A stretch of DNA of 59,763 bases, counting the filler, from an uncultured Methanosarcinales archaeon (GTDB lineage: Archaea; Nanobdellota; Nanobdellia; Woesearchaeales; CAYSVS01): assembly GCA_964589485.1 (NCBI GenBank). It is 3 parts of 3 records of this genome, joined end to end, with 100 filler letters (N's around TTAATTAATTAA, not from the genome) between each part and the next. Parts side by side here need not be neighbours in the genome. Positions count along the whole stretch, not along the records: positions 1 to 30,786 come from CAZPRK010000014.1; 2 more parts are not named here. One strand, given 5' to 3'. Below are positions 8,991 through 20,907 of this stretch, one piece after another. The notes under the pieces are model-generated. The model was not told the origin of the DNA. It worked only from the letters and a program-made list of their open reading frames with translations, and searched no databases. The translations under genes were made by a program, and so were the position numbers. The stretch's first letter is position 1. Every line of letters starts with the position of its first letter.

Positions 8991-9707
8991 ATGAGTCTCG
9001 ATCAAGCTTTAGAAAGGCAAAAAAAAGTTTTGCGATCTGGAATAAAGAATAGAACTTTAACAAGTCAATTAGAAGTTGAAGCAGATTATAAAAGAATTCT
9101 TAATGCGATAGAAAACAATGAATTATCAGAAGATTTAAGAAAAGAATTTACAACAATATTAAATGAAAAGATTAATGAAGAATTTAATACTAGAACAAGG
9201 CGTGTTAGTAAAGGGGAACATTACGAAGCCCCTGGAGCTTGCGCATTAGCAAAAACAAAACAACAAAAAAAGAAATTAGAAAGAGCTCTACAAAAAAATC
9301 AAGAAAGAATAGACGTATTTGATGAAGTTAGTAATGGTCAAGCTAGCTATATTATGAAGTTAGTAACTCATGCAACTAAAAGAGAAAAAGAAAGAGTAAG
9401 AAATTCATTACATAATTTTTTAGAAAGTAAATACACTTCATTATTAGAAGAAATAAAATATGGAGCAAAATCTTTAATACAAAATGCTGTTGAAATAAAA
9501 AGATTAATAGGCAATTATTCACACAGTCAAAGATTAAAACAAAGTATAGAAATCGGAGAAAAAAAACAATATGAATGTTTACTTTATTTTATAACAACTG
9601 GTCAAGAACATTTAGTACCTATGACTATCCCTATAGCAAAAAAATACAATGATTTACAAAGGTTAGAAAATGCTGTTTTATTTGGAAGGCTTAACCAACA
9701 ACATTAA
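8991..9707 (+). CDS. Hypothetical helical protein
   Basis: 238-aa ORF with no recognised motif. Confidence 0.65.
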   Translation: MSLDQALERQKKVLRSGIKNRTLTSQLEVEADYKRILNAIENNELSEDLRKEFTTILNEKINEEFNTRTRRVSKGEHYEAPGACALAKTKQQKKKLERALQKNQERIDVFDEVSNGQASYIMKLVTHATKREKERVRNSLHNFLESKYTSLLEEIKYGAKSLIQNAVEIKRLIGNYSHSQRLKQSIEIGEKKQYECLLYFITTGQEHLVPMTIPIAKKYNDLQRLENAVLFGRLNQQH

Positions 9708-9981
9708 AATTACAATTTCTTGATTTTGCTCTACTTATTACTTCATCTCGTATACTTTCATTCTTTATAATAACTCCATCATATTCTAAATCAAGAATTT
9801 GATTTAATTCATCTAAGGAATAAATTTCAGTGTAAACTTTTTCATTAAATTGCATTACTTCATTATAAGTCAAATTATTTTGAACTACATAATTATCAAT
9901 TGAATAACTAATAAATTCTTCTTGAACAACTTGCTCACTACAACCTACAAGTAATATTAAAAATAAAATATATTTTAGCAT
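9691..9981 (-). CDS. Hypothetical lipoprotein
   Basis: Signal peptide with LVGC lipobox. Confidence 0.65.
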   Translation of the reverse strand: MLKYILFLILLVGCSEQVVQEEFISYSIDNYVVQNNLTYNEVMQFNEKVYTEIYSLDELNQILDLEYDGVIIKNESIRDEVISRAKSRNCNFNVVG

Positions 9982-10011
9982 AAAATAAAAAATTTAAGAA
10001 TAAATATAAAT

Positions 10012-10680
10012 CTATAGTCCTTTTACTAATTGAAATAAAGTTTTATACGGGTCTTCTGCTTTAGTAATTCCTGAAGCTATTAAAATCCCTTTGGCGCCTA
10101 AACGTAATGCAGTGTTTACATCCGTTCTATGTTTAATTCCTGCTCCAACAATAAGTTTAACATTTGAGTTTACAAAATTAACATTTTCAACAGCATCATG
10201 AATTATTTCGGGATCTTCCTCTGTAACTGAAACATCCCCTCCTATTAATTCAGGCGGTTCAACTGCAACAAAATGTGGTCCAAATTCAGCAATTTTTTTA
10301 GCTTCAACTGCATCTTTTGCACATGCAATTACAATTAAGTTACTTGTTTTTGCTCTTTCAATACTTTTTTCTAAAACACCCATATTTAATCTTCTTTCAG
10401 AATGATTTAATAATGTTGCACACGCTCCTTCTTCCTTTATGTCTTCAGGTAAAATAAAACCAGTATGACTTCCCGGAGGGTGATAATCTATATGTTGCGC
10501 AACTACAGGAATAGAAACAGCTTCACTTATTCTATAAATGTCTGCAGCTCCAACAGCCACAGCTATATGAGTGTTTGTTTCACGAGCAACTTTTTCACAA
10601 ACCTTTGCTAATTCAACTGCCTTCTCACCATATGCAGAATCATATGTTTTAAAATTAATTATTACTAATGGAAGTTGCAT
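10012..10680 (-). CDS. tpiA: Triosephosphate isomerase (short archaeal type)
   Basis: INFKTY, AQH, LLNHSERR, AVEPPELIG and GAGI motifs. Confidence 0.95.
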   Translation of the reverse strand: MQLPLVIINFKTYDSAYGEKAVELAKVCEKVARETNTHIAVAVGAADIYRISEAVSIPVVAQHIDYHPPGSHTGFILPEDIKEEGACATLLNHSERRLNMGVLEKSIERAKTSNLIVIACAKDAVEAKKIAEFGPHFVAVEPPELIGGDVSVTEEDPEIIHDAVENVNFVNSNVKLIVGAGIKHRTDVNTALRLGAKGILIASGITKAEDPYKTLFQLVKGL

Positions 10681-10882
10681 TTATTATTTTAATTTGATTT
10701 GATTTAAATAATTTGTGAAAATAAAAAAATAAAAAAACTATTTTTTGGTAAAGTCTTTGTAGTTAAAACAAATTTCTGCATTTTTTATTACACATCAGTA
10801 TTTTTCAACAAACGAAATTAAATATTAAAAATAATTGTTTTAATTAACTAGATAGATAAATATATAAACATAAAATAAATAA

Positions 10883-12523
<1,641 letters not shown>

Positions 12524-12540
<17 letters not shown>

Positions 12541-12961
12541 CCATCATTGTTTTTGTCTTATCAACACCTTCAACATGTCTAATATATTGAGTTATTGTAG
12601 AATTTAAAGATTCCATTGAAGATGCTCTTATTTTAACCAATAAATCAAAATCTCCAGTTATAATCTCTACAGAATCAACCAAATCATATTTTTTAATTTT
12701 CTTTGCAATTTCTTCCTGACTTATACCCTTGCCAGAAGGTAAAATATTAAAAGCACTAACTAATACATACGCCAATAAAGGTAGGCCTAATTTTTCATAA
12801 TTAATTTCAACAGTAAATTTATTTATTACATCATCTTTTAATTTTAAAATCCTATTATGTACTGTTGTTATAGGAATATTAGTCTTTTTAGAAATTTGAC
12901 TAGTAGTTAGCCTAGAGTTTTTCTTCAATTCATTCAATATCTTATCATCTTTTTTATTCAT
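12524..12961 (-). CDS. Lrp/AsnC family transcriptional regulator
   Basis: HTH (TTVHNRILKL) plus RAM domain (ITGDFDLLV). Divergent from asnB. Start moved to MNKKD. Confidence 0.9.
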
Positions 12962-13221
12962 AAAATGGAAAATATTTCCATTATTTAAGTATTTTTTGGT
13001 ATTTTTAGCAAAATATACCAAAAAAGAAGAAATAAGTTTATATATAAAATTAATCTAAAAAAACACATGATAAAAACAATAATTTCAGAATTAAAAAAAT
13101 CATTAATACTTTTTCTAGATAATTGAAGCTCTGTTTAAAGAAGAACAATTAAACGGAGGAATAAAAAAATGATAAGTGAAATTTATTTTCAAATTTTAAA
13201 ACCAAAAACGGAGGAAACAAA

Positions 13222-14877
13222 ATGTGCGGAATTACAGGATTATTCGAAATCAAAGATTTAACTAAAGCAAGAACTATTGCATTAAAAATGTCTTCAAACA
13301 TAAGACATCGTGGACCAGATTGGAGCGGAATTTATAGTGATGACTCTACAATATTAGTTCATGAAAGGCTATCTATTGTAGATGTTGAACATGGCGCTCA
13401 ACCTTTAATAGATTCAAAGACTAAAAGAGTTTTAGCTGTAAACGGAGAAATTTACGATCACTTAGAACTAAAACAATTATTAAAAAAAGACCATGACTGG
13501 CAAACTAAATCAGATTGTGAAATATTATTATATTTATATGATGAATACGGACCTTCATTCCTAGATAAAATAGATGGAATTTTTTCATTTATTATATACG
13601 ATCCAAAAACTAAGAAATATTTAGTTGCACGAGATCACATAGGAATAATCCCATTATACATAGGATGGGATAAAGAAGGAATGGTTTATGTTGCAAGTGA
13701 AATGAAAGCACTAGAACCACATTGTACAAAACTTCAAGAATTCCCACCTGGACATTATTATTCAGAAGGTGAATTCGTACAATGGTATAAACCAGAATGG
13801 TTTGATAAAGTCCCAACTGCAAAAGTTAAACTAGATAAATTAAAACACGAACTAGAAGTTGCAGTAAAAAAACAACTTATGTGCGATGTTCCTTATGGAG
13901 TTTTAATCTCAGGTGGTTTAGACTCATCTTTAATTGCCGCAATAACTGCTAAATTCGCAAAAAAGAGAATAGAATCTAAAGGAAAAGAAGAAGCCTGGTG
14001 GCCCAGGTTGCATTCTTTTTGTATAGGGTTAAAAGGATCTCCCGACATCAAACATGCAAGAGAAGTAGCAACATTTATTGGTAGCGTACATCACGAATTA
14101 ACATATACATTGCAAGAAGGATTAGACGCATTACGAGACGTTATTTATCACACTGAAACCTATGATGTTACCTCGATCAGAGCTTCAACACCCATGTATT
14201 TAATGGCTAGACGAATTAAAAGTATGGGCATTAAAATGGTTTTATCAGGGGAAGGAGCAGATGAAGTTTTTGGCGGTTATCTTTATTTCCACATGGCCCC
14301 AGATCCAAAAGAATTCCATGAAGAAACAGTTCGAAAGTTAAAAAAGTTAAGTAAATTTGATTGTCTTAGAGCAAACAAATCCATGGCTGCATGGGGAGTA
14401 GAAGCAAGAGTTCCTTTCCTAGATAAAGATTTTTTAGATTATGCAATGGCAATAGATCCAAAAGATAAAATGTGTATTGATGGAAAACCTGAGAAATATA
14501 TCCTAAGGAAAGCATTTGAAAGTTACTTACCAGACTCAATACTATGGCGACAAAAGGAACAATTTTCCGATGGAGTTGGTTATGGGTGGATTGACGCATT
14601 AAAAGATTTAGCTGAACAAAAAGTTACAGATGAAATGATGAAAAAAGTTCATAGAAGATTTCCCACACAAACACCTGACTCAAAGGAAGCTTACATCTAT
14701 AGAGAAATATTTGAAGAGTTATTTCCTTCGCAAGACGCAATTTTAACTGTAGAACATGGTCCTTCAATTGCCTGTTCAACACCAACTGCTTACAAATGGA
14801 GTAAACAGTTTGAAGGAATGGCAGATCCATCAGGAAGAGCAGTCAAAGTTCATGAAAAATCAGTTCAAAAAATCTAA
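13222..14877 (+). CDS. asnB: Asparagine synthase B (glutamine-hydrolysing)
   Basis: N-terminal MCGI, RHRGPD, ISGGLDSS, SGEGADE and EARVPFLD motifs. Confidence 0.97.
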   Translation: MCGITGLFEIKDLTKARTIALKMSSNIRHRGPDWSGIYSDDSTILVHERLSIVDVEHGAQPLIDSKTKRVLAVNGEIYDHLELKQLLKKDHDWQTKSDCEILLYLYDEYGPSFLDKIDGIFSFIIYDPKTKKYLVARDHIGIIPLYIGWDKEGMVYVASEMKALEPHCTKLQEFPPGHYYSEGEFVQWYKPEWFDKVPTAKVKLDKLKHELEVAVKKQLMCDVPYGVLISGGLDSSLIAAITAKFAKKRIESKGKEEAWWPRLHSFCIGLKGSPDIKHAREVATFIGSVHHELTYTLQEGLDALRDVIYHTETYDVTSIRASTPMYLMARRIKSMGIKMVLSGEGADEVFGGYLYFHMAPDPKEFHEETVRKLKKLSKFDCLRANKSMAAWGVEARVPFLDKDFLDYAMAIDPKDKMCIDGKPEKYILRKAFESYLPDSILWRQKEQFSDGVGYGWIDALKDLAEQKVTDEMMKKVHRRFPTQTPDSKEAYIYREIFEELFPSQDAILTVEHGPSIACSTPTAYKWSKQFEGMADPSGRAVKVHEKSVQKI

Positions 14878-14910
14878 AGTTTTTTATAATAACTATATTA
14901 ACTTAGATGT

Positions 14911-15069
14911 ATGAAATGCGAAATATGTAAAAACACAATTGCTACTACTTTCCTTGAAAAAATCAAAGGAACTCATGTAAAGGATGAAAAAGGCAAAAAA
15001 CATTTAATTTGTTTTGAATGTCAAAAGAAATTCCTCAACAAAAAAGAATTACTAGGGAATTTAGCATAG
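14911..15069 (+). CDS. 52-aa zinc-finger protein
   Basis: MKCEICKNTIATTFLEKIKGTHVKDEKGKKHLICFECQKK, with two CxxC pairs. Absent from the ORF track. Confidence 0.8.
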   Translation: MKCEICKNTIATTFLEKIKGTHVKDEKGKKHLICFECQKKFLNKKELLGNLA

Positions 15070-15070
15070 C

Positions 15071-15143
15071 GCCTTTGTAGCATAGTAGCTAATGCGGCAG
15101 CCTCGTAAGCTGCAGATCGGGGGTGCAACTCCCTCCAAAGGCT
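15071..15143 (+). tRNA. tRNA-Thr(CGT)
   Basis: Acceptor GCCTTTG/CAAAGGC, anticodon arm GCAGC-CT-CGT-AA-GCTGC. Confidence 0.93.
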
Positions 15144-15919
15144 TAATCAGCTAGCTCAAAAGAATAATGATTATCTATAGTAGTATCCGTAGTTCGATAA
15201 GTAACGTGAAACCCAGTCATTTTTTCAGAATTTCTATTACCGTCACTCAATAATTTAGAATTCAAAGATTGTAACTTTTCTTCTAACTTTGAATCAGACC
15301 TAATTAAATCTCCATAATTCCAACCCATAAAAACATCCAAAAATTGATTAGTGCAAAAGTTTGTTGCTCTTTTTGCTTCACTTAAAGCTCTAATGTCAAG
15401 GTTTAGCATAAAATAAATTAATTCACCATTACCTGAATAATTCTTTGTTAACTTATCAACTAACTTAATTCCAAAATTTTCAGTTGAAAAAATAGGAACT
15501 TTAGATTCATATCCTTCTACCATAGTATCAGTTACTTGATGTAATAATTCAGAAATATTTTTTACTTCAGTAAAATCATTACTATTTGTTATAATTAACT
15601 GACCTTGACTATAGTAATTATTAGGGAAAGTTCCAACTTCGTCATTATGAGGAAGCCAAAGGACAGCTGGATTTTCAGGGTTTACTTCAAAAACAGTTTC
15701 ATTTTCTTTATTTGACCTACTTAAAAAAACTTCAAAATCAAAAAAACGCTCTAAATTCTTAAACGAATCTAATGCTTTAATTTGACTAATAAATTTTGCG
15801 TTTTTTTTATTCAGTTCATATGCATTTTTTCTAAATCTTAATCCTGCATACAAGATACCTAACCCTGAAGCTCCTGCAACACCATATGTTAATATTTCCG
15901 GAATATTTTCGATATTCAT
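15143..15919 (-). CDS. Hypothetical protein with N-terminal TM anchor
   Basis: Long ORF with one hydrophobic segment. The likely start lies downstream of a TATA-like box. Confidence 0.65.
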   Translation of the reverse strand: MNIENIPEILTYGVAGASGLGILYAGLRFRKNAYELNKKNAKFISQIKALDSFKNLERFFDFEVFLSRSNKENETVFEVNPENPAVLWLPHNDEVGTFPNNYYSQGQLIITNSNDFTEVKNISELLHQVTDTMVEGYESKVPIFSTENFGIKLVDKLTKNYSGNGELIYFMLNLDIRALSEAKRATNFCTNQFLDVFMGWNYGDLIRSDSKLEEKLQSLNSKLLSDGNRNSEKMTGFHVTYRTTDTTIDNHYSFELAD

Positions 15920-16005
15920 GATAAACGATTTAAGTGAATCATATATAAATTTAACTGGAAACATATTCATCAACATTTAAATAACATTAAATAATTTCTT
16001 AAAAA

Positions 16006-16494
16006 ATGAATCTTGAAAAACAAATCGAAAAAGCGCTATTGAAAAAAGGAATTCGTACAAAAACAGTCCCAGAAGCCCTTTTAATTGAAGATGGTTTAAG
16101 TTACATACCATCATCAAAAACAGTTTATGAAGTTGACTTAAGTTCTAATAGTAGAAATAAAATCAAAAGTCAAATACTAGAATTGTTCGAATTATATCAA
16201 AAAGATAGAAAAAGCATTATTATAACAAATATAAGCGAAACTACACTTAAAGTTTTTGAAGAAAAAAGAGATAAAGAATTAAGTAAAATTAAAAAACTAG
16301 ATTACATTAATATTAAAACAATAAGAGACACAGTTATAGGTTATGCCCTTGGATCAATTCATAGCCATGAAACAGGAATTATAATGGCTACTGCAGCTTT
16401 TATTACAGACGCATTAACACAAAGAAACATCCAACCTGCAAAATATGCTAAATTCTACAATTATATGCTTAATCAGATGCAACCTCTCCAATAA
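16006..16494 (+). CDS. Hypothetical protein
   Basis: 162-aa ORF. Confidence 0.6.
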   Translation: MNLEKQIEKALLKKGIRTKTVPEALLIEDGLSYIPSSKTVYEVDLSSNSRNKIKSQILELFELYQKDRKSIIITNISETTLKVFEEKRDKELSKIKKLDYINIKTIRDTVIGYALGSIHSHETGIIMATAAFITDALTQRNIQPAKYAKFYNYMLNQMQPLQ

Positions 16495-16548
16495 CTAAAT
16501 TCTAAAACATAGAGTAATTTATATACTAAGTTTAAATTTCAAAAATTA

Positions 16549-16938
16549 ATGACTTCAATAAATGGCAGATTCTTTAAAAGCATTGGTAATTTTTGGCGTA
16601 ATTTAAGAATATTTCACTACCATAATAGATCCATTTTTGAGATTTTATTCATTTCACTATATGCAATCGAACAATTAATGTTAGTAATAACATTAACATA
16701 TTTTCCTAAATATAATTTAATAACTGTCTCAATGTTTGCAATAATATTTACTACAACATTTGCATTACATAAAACTGCATTAGAATCAAAAATGAGAGTT
16801 TTAGAATCAGAGCTATTAAAAATTAAATTAAAAGAGTCAGAATATAAAAAAATAGTAAAACAACAATTTGAAGAGATAAAGAGCGATACAAAAAATTTAT
16901 ATAACATAAGATCAATAAATAATCTAAAAAGAGGTTAA
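16549..16938 (+). CDS. Hypothetical 2-TM + coiled-coil protein
   Basis: Two hydrophobic helices followed by a charged heptad tail. Confidence 0.65.
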   Translation: MTSINGRFFKSIGNFWRNLRIFHYHNRSIFEILFISLYAIEQLMLVITLTYFPKYNLITVSMFAIIFTTTFALHKTALESKMRVLESELLKIKLKESEYKKIVKQQFEEIKSDTKNLYNIRSINNLKRG

Positions 16939-16939
16939 A

Positions 16940-17068
16940 ATGTCTGATAAAGAAATTTTAGAGTTTGCAAAAAATCTTGAGAAAAAAATAGATAAAAGCA
17001 TAGCAAAAATAGACGAAGCTGGTAAAAAACTAGACGAACAAATAGACAAAGTACTTTTTGCTCTCTAA
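16940..17068 (+). CDS. 42-aa coiled-coil micro-protein
   Basis: MSDKEILEFAKNLEKKIDKSIAKIDEAGKKLDEQIDKVLFAL, GAGGT SD, 1 nt after the upstream stop. Confidence 0.6.
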   Translation: MSDKEILEFAKNLEKKIDKSIAKIDEAGKKLDEQIDKVLFAL

Positions 17069-18495
17069 ACAACCTCTCCAATAACACTCCTCAACATATA
17101 ACCAATGACTTTTACATTAATTTTTTTCCCTAACTCTAACCTTCCTTTTACACCAATTGCTAAAGGATAAGTCCCCATTTGCCTACAAAAAGTAGTATTT
17201 CCGTCGTGAATTTCTGTATAAACATCAGTAAGTATAGTACCTATAGGTAAAATCATCTCCAACATTTTATTATCCACTTTCTGTCTTATTTCATTTCTCC
17301 ATTTCCAATAATACTTTTTATTTTTCTTAAGAAATTTATCTCCACATAGTTTTTCCAATAAAGTATTTGGTAAAACAGAAACTTGTCTAATATTAATACG
17401 CCTTAACAATAATCCGTTATTAATTACTTCCTGCAAATACTCCATATTTCTTTCATGAGTTTTTTTACTTTCATTAGCTAACCCAAAAATAATATTTATC
17501 CCTGGAAGAAATTTATGCATACCATTATCTCCCCTAACAGCACCATATTTGTTAATTATCTCAATAGCCTTCATTGCAATCTTTGGGTGAGTGTTTAATT
17601 TATTTGCCTTAACAACATCAACATCAAAACTTTCAACTCCAAATGCTGCAATATTCCCAGAAGTACAACATTCAACTATAGCTTTAGTTATTTCTTCTCC
17701 ATTTTTTAAAACAACAGAATTAGGGTTTACATTATCGATATGCAATACTTCAATATCGGGACATTTTTTTCGTATTAATTTTAATAATTCAATTGGTTTA
17801 TCTGAAGCATAAAAGTCAGCTTGTTTTCCTAAACGAAAAAAACGTGCACCATTAGCATAATAAGCTTCAACTTCTTCCAAAACATCTTTCATTTTTCGAT
17901 TTACAAAAGTACTTTTAATTGGTTCAGTACAAAAGCTACATTTTCCTACATTACATCCTCTTCCTGTTTCAATTTCAATCATTCTTTTATCAGGAATTTG
18001 CTTAAGGATTTTACTTCCTTTAATAGAAATATCTTTTAATTTATTAAATTCAAATCCATAATCTTTTATTTCAAAATCATGTTTAACCTTCTCAAAAAAC
18101 TTTCCACCTTCTAATTGCGTACCAAATATAGCAGGACCAGTCAAAATTTTCTTACAGTTTACATCTTTCAATAAAGGAACAATTTCCTTTAAAGTCCCAG
18201 GAAGTGCAGATAAATATTTCCCCGGAACATGTACTCCTAAAACAATAATTAATAAATCAGTTTCTTCTAATACAGTTCTTGCATTATTTTTAGTTAAATT
18301 ATAAATTTGAATATTAGTTTTAGCAGTTTCTTTTATTTTATAACCATACTTTTTCCATAAACGTAAATCATCAATTGTTAAGTATTTAGCATTTTCAAAC
18401 TGTCCAAAAATATATCTAGGATACGTACCCAAATAAGGAGGAACTCCTAATCCCGAAGCTTCATCAGTGTAACAATCTAAAATAGTAACCTTCAT
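17065..18495 (-). CDS. Archaeal radical SAM protein with TRAM-like C-terminus (MJ0785-like)
   Basis: DCYTDEASGLGVPPY, EIETGRGCNVGKCSFC, HIDNVNP and RRINIRQV motifs. Confidence 0.85.
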   Translation of the reverse strand: MKVTILDCYTDEASGLGVPPYLGTYPRYIFGQFENAKYLTIDDLRLWKKYGYKIKETAKTNIQIYNLTKNNARTVLEETDLLIIVLGVHVPGKYLSALPGTLKEIVPLLKDVNCKKILTGPAIFGTQLEGGKFFEKVKHDFEIKDYGFEFNKLKDISIKGSKILKQIPDKRMIEIETGRGCNVGKCSFCTEPIKSTFVNRKMKDVLEEVEAYYANGARFFRLGKQADFYASDKPIELLKLIRKKCPDIEVLHIDNVNPNSVVLKNGEEITKAIVECCTSGNIAAFGVESFDVDVVKANKLNTHPKIAMKAIEIINKYGAVRGDNGMHKFLPGINIIFGLANESKKTHERNMEYLQEVINNGLLLRRINIRQVSVLPNTLLEKLCGDKFLKKNKKYYWKWRNEIRQKVDNKMLEMILPIGTILTDVYTEIHDGNTTFCRQMGTYPLAIGVKGRLELGKKINVKVIGYMLRSVIGEVV

Positions 18496-18547
18496 TATTA
18501 ATAGATAATTCAAAAACTATTTAAAGCCTATGGACTAAAATCATTAA

Positions 18548-19498
18548 ATGGATGTAACTATACTTTTCTTCATACTAGGTTTATTAGGGTTATGGTTAGG
18601 TTCAGGATTTGTAATAAATGGAAGCATCACTCTTGCAAAGAAACTTAATATCAATGAAACATTTATTGGTTTAACTATTCTTTCAATTGGAACATCTCTT
18701 CCTGAAATTTTCACGCACATAATTGCAAGTTCTAATATCCTTCTTGGAAAAATTTCAATGGAAACTGCATCTAACATTTCAATAGGAACCAATATTGGTT
18801 CAAACATCATTCAAATCACACTAATAACAGGATTACTAGGTTTATTAACAACTATACACACAAATAAAAAAATATTAAAACAAGATTATACAACAATGTT
18901 AGGAGGGATAGCTTTACTTTTCATTATTGGTTTAGATGGTAGGATAACTAGGTTCGAAGGAACTTTTATTGTACTAACTTACCTTGCATATCTTTATTTC
19001 TTACAAAGAAAGGAAAAAGCAGTACAAAAAATAAGAACAAATGAAAGTAATATATCTAAAGATATACTAATTATAACAATAGGATTAATAATTTTAATTT
19101 TTGCTGCAGATAAAGTTTTAATTGGAGCTTCACATTTAGCAAATATATGGGGAGTTACTGAATCTTTAATAGGAATTGTATTAATTGGAGTAAGTACTGC
19201 CCTACCTGAACTCTTAACTGCACTAAGAGGTATATTAAAAGGTAGAACAGGTCTAAGCCTAGGAACATTAATAGGATCAAATATAACAAATCCTATGCTT
19301 GCACTAGGATTAGGCGCAATAATTTCAGAATATACTGTTGAAAACATAATACAATATTTCGATATCCCATTTTGGTTTGTTTCATCAGGAGTAATATATT
19401 TCTTTTTTAAAAGTGGGTTTAAACTTGGTAAAATTGAATCTTCTATTATGGTTATAAGTTACATTGGGTTTATTTATTTTAGAATAATATCTTTTTAA
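18548..19498 (+). CDS. Ca2+/Na+ antiporter (YrbG/NCX family)
   Basis: Two alpha repeats, GTSLPE...GSNI and STALPE...GSNI. Confidence 0.92.
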   Translation: MDVTILFFILGLLGLWLGSGFVINGSITLAKKLNINETFIGLTILSIGTSLPEIFTHIIASSNILLGKISMETASNISIGTNIGSNIIQITLITGLLGLLTTIHTNKKILKQDYTTMLGGIALLFIIGLDGRITRFEGTFIVLTYLAYLYFLQRKEKAVQKIRTNESNISKDILIITIGLIILIFAADKVLIGASHLANIWGVTESLIGIVLIGVSTALPELLTALRGILKGRTGLSLGTLIGSNITNPMLALGLGAIISEYTVENIIQYFDIPFWFVSSGVIYFFFKSGFKLGKIESSIMVISYIGFIYFRIISF

Positions 19499-20315
19499 AA
19501 AATAAATCAATTTCTTTAAATGCAATCATTTTATTCTTATCAACAACAAAAACATGATAACTTTCAGGCATCCAAAAAATCTTTTTATATTTACTATTTA
19601 TTTTATCAAAAATATAACCAGGACTTTTATCCATTACACCAAAATCATGCATAGCTTGCATGATTAAAATTGGACTTTTTATTTTTGGTAACAATTTCTT
19701 AGAAAGCCTTATACCTTTTAACAAATCCAATATTTGAGCTAAAGGAACTCTATCATAAGTTATTCTCTTAATTTCAGGATTTAAATCTCGTTTATACCAT
19801 TTTTTTTTAAAATTAAGAAACAATAACCCACAGTAAAACATTATATTACCAAAAAGTTTTCGTTTAATAAAGATTGGTGTTCCCATAGTCACTATACCAT
19901 CAATTTTATGTTTAGCAGCTGCAATCAACGCCAAATTCCCTCCAAATGAATCTCCTGCGATTACAATTTGTGTACAATGTTTTTTTAATTTCCGTATACC
20001 TTTTTCTACATCTTTAACCCAATCATTTAAATTAGTAGTAGCCATATTTTCAGGACATGTTCCATGACCTTTTAATAAAATTCCATTTACAGTATAATTT
20101 TTCTTTGCCAAAAACTTACCCAAACCTACATTATCTTTCGCACTACTAGTAAAACCATGAATTAACAAAACTCCTTTTTTACCTTTTTTATAAAAAAATG
20201 GTTCAGCACCATCTTTAATTTTATTTAGTTTTTTATATTTCTTCTTATTAAAAAAAATATATAATTTATTTATAAAAGAAAAACTTAACAATGCCCAAAT
20301 AAGTTCAGATAACAT
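19479..20315 (-). CDS. Alpha/beta hydrolase (carboxylesterase-like)
   Basis: LLIHGFTSS, GHG, GDSFGG nucleophile elbow, and the SYH catalytic His. Confidence 0.9.
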   Translation of the reverse strand: MLSELIWALLSFSFINKLYIFFNKKKYKKLNKIKDGAEPFFYKKGKKGVLLIHGFTSSAKDNVGLGKFLAKKNYTVNGILLKGHGTCPENMATTNLNDWVKDVEKGIRKLKKHCTQIVIAGDSFGGNLALIAAAKHKIDGIVTMGTPIFIKRKLFGNIMFYCGLLFLNFKKKWYKRDLNPEIKRITYDRVPLAQILDLLKGIRLSKKLLPKIKSPILIMQAMHDFGVMDKSPGYIFDKINSKYKKIFWMPESYHVFVVDKNKMIAFKEIDLFFKKILF

Positions 20316-20350
20316 TAAATTAACTTACATTTCAATATTTATATACTTTT

Positions 20351-20794
20351 TCATATATAATGTAATAATAATGCTATAATGATAAAAACACTATAATTTT
20401 CAATAACTCTATAAAATGAAAATCTCCAATGTTTCTTGATTAAATCATGCCTTACCAATGTTCCTTCTGCAAATCCAAAAATTAACAATAAACTTATAAT
20501 TAATAAACTATGATTTAAATAGAAAAATACTCCAAATACTGAATATGCAACAACATCTTTTAATCTACTATGCGTAAAAACGTAATAAAGAACTAATAAT
20601 AAAGATAAAACACTAATTAAATATTTATCAAAATAAAAAATCATAAAATAAAACAATAAAGCTAATAGAGAAATGTATTTCAAAATTAAGAAATTTTTCC
20701 TATTATCTTTTAATTCTTCTGGTGAATTTAATGCAAGAAGTATACCAAAAAATAATCCTGAAAAACTAATCAATGTAAGTAAAATATATTCCAT
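20351..20794 (-). CDS. Hypothetical membrane protein
   Basis: Multiple TM segments with an SPEEL motif. Confidence 0.7.
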   Translation of the reverse strand: MEYILLTLISFSGLFFGILLALNSPEELKDNRKNFLILKYISLLALLFYFMIFYFDKYLISVLSLLLVLYYVFTHSRLKDVVAYSVFGVFFYLNHSLLIISLLLIFGFAEGTLVRHDLIKKHWRFSFYRVIENYSVFIIIALLLHYI

Positions 20795-20870
20795 AATAGA
20801 TATAATTATTTTTTAATATATAAAAGTTAGTATTTTATCTACGCAACTCCAATAACAAAAAGTTTAAATA

Positions 20871-20893
20871 AAAGTATTACATAGTAATACTTT
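20871..20893. promoter_or_regulatory. Inverted repeat, putative operator
   Basis: AAAGTATTAC-ATA-GTAATACTTT immediately downstream of TTTAAATA (20863-20870). Confidence 0.5.
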
Positions 20894-20907
20894 GGTGTGT
20901 TAGTAAA

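Noticed and set aside
15071..17068. Possible integrated element at tRNA-Thr (run of orphan genes)
   Set aside because: No integrase and no duplicated tRNA 3' end were seen.
17065..18495. Radical SAM enzyme as maturase of the 8.4-8.8 kb peptides
   Set aside because: It is 8 kb away, has no SPASM Cys motif, and resembles a widespread archaeal family.
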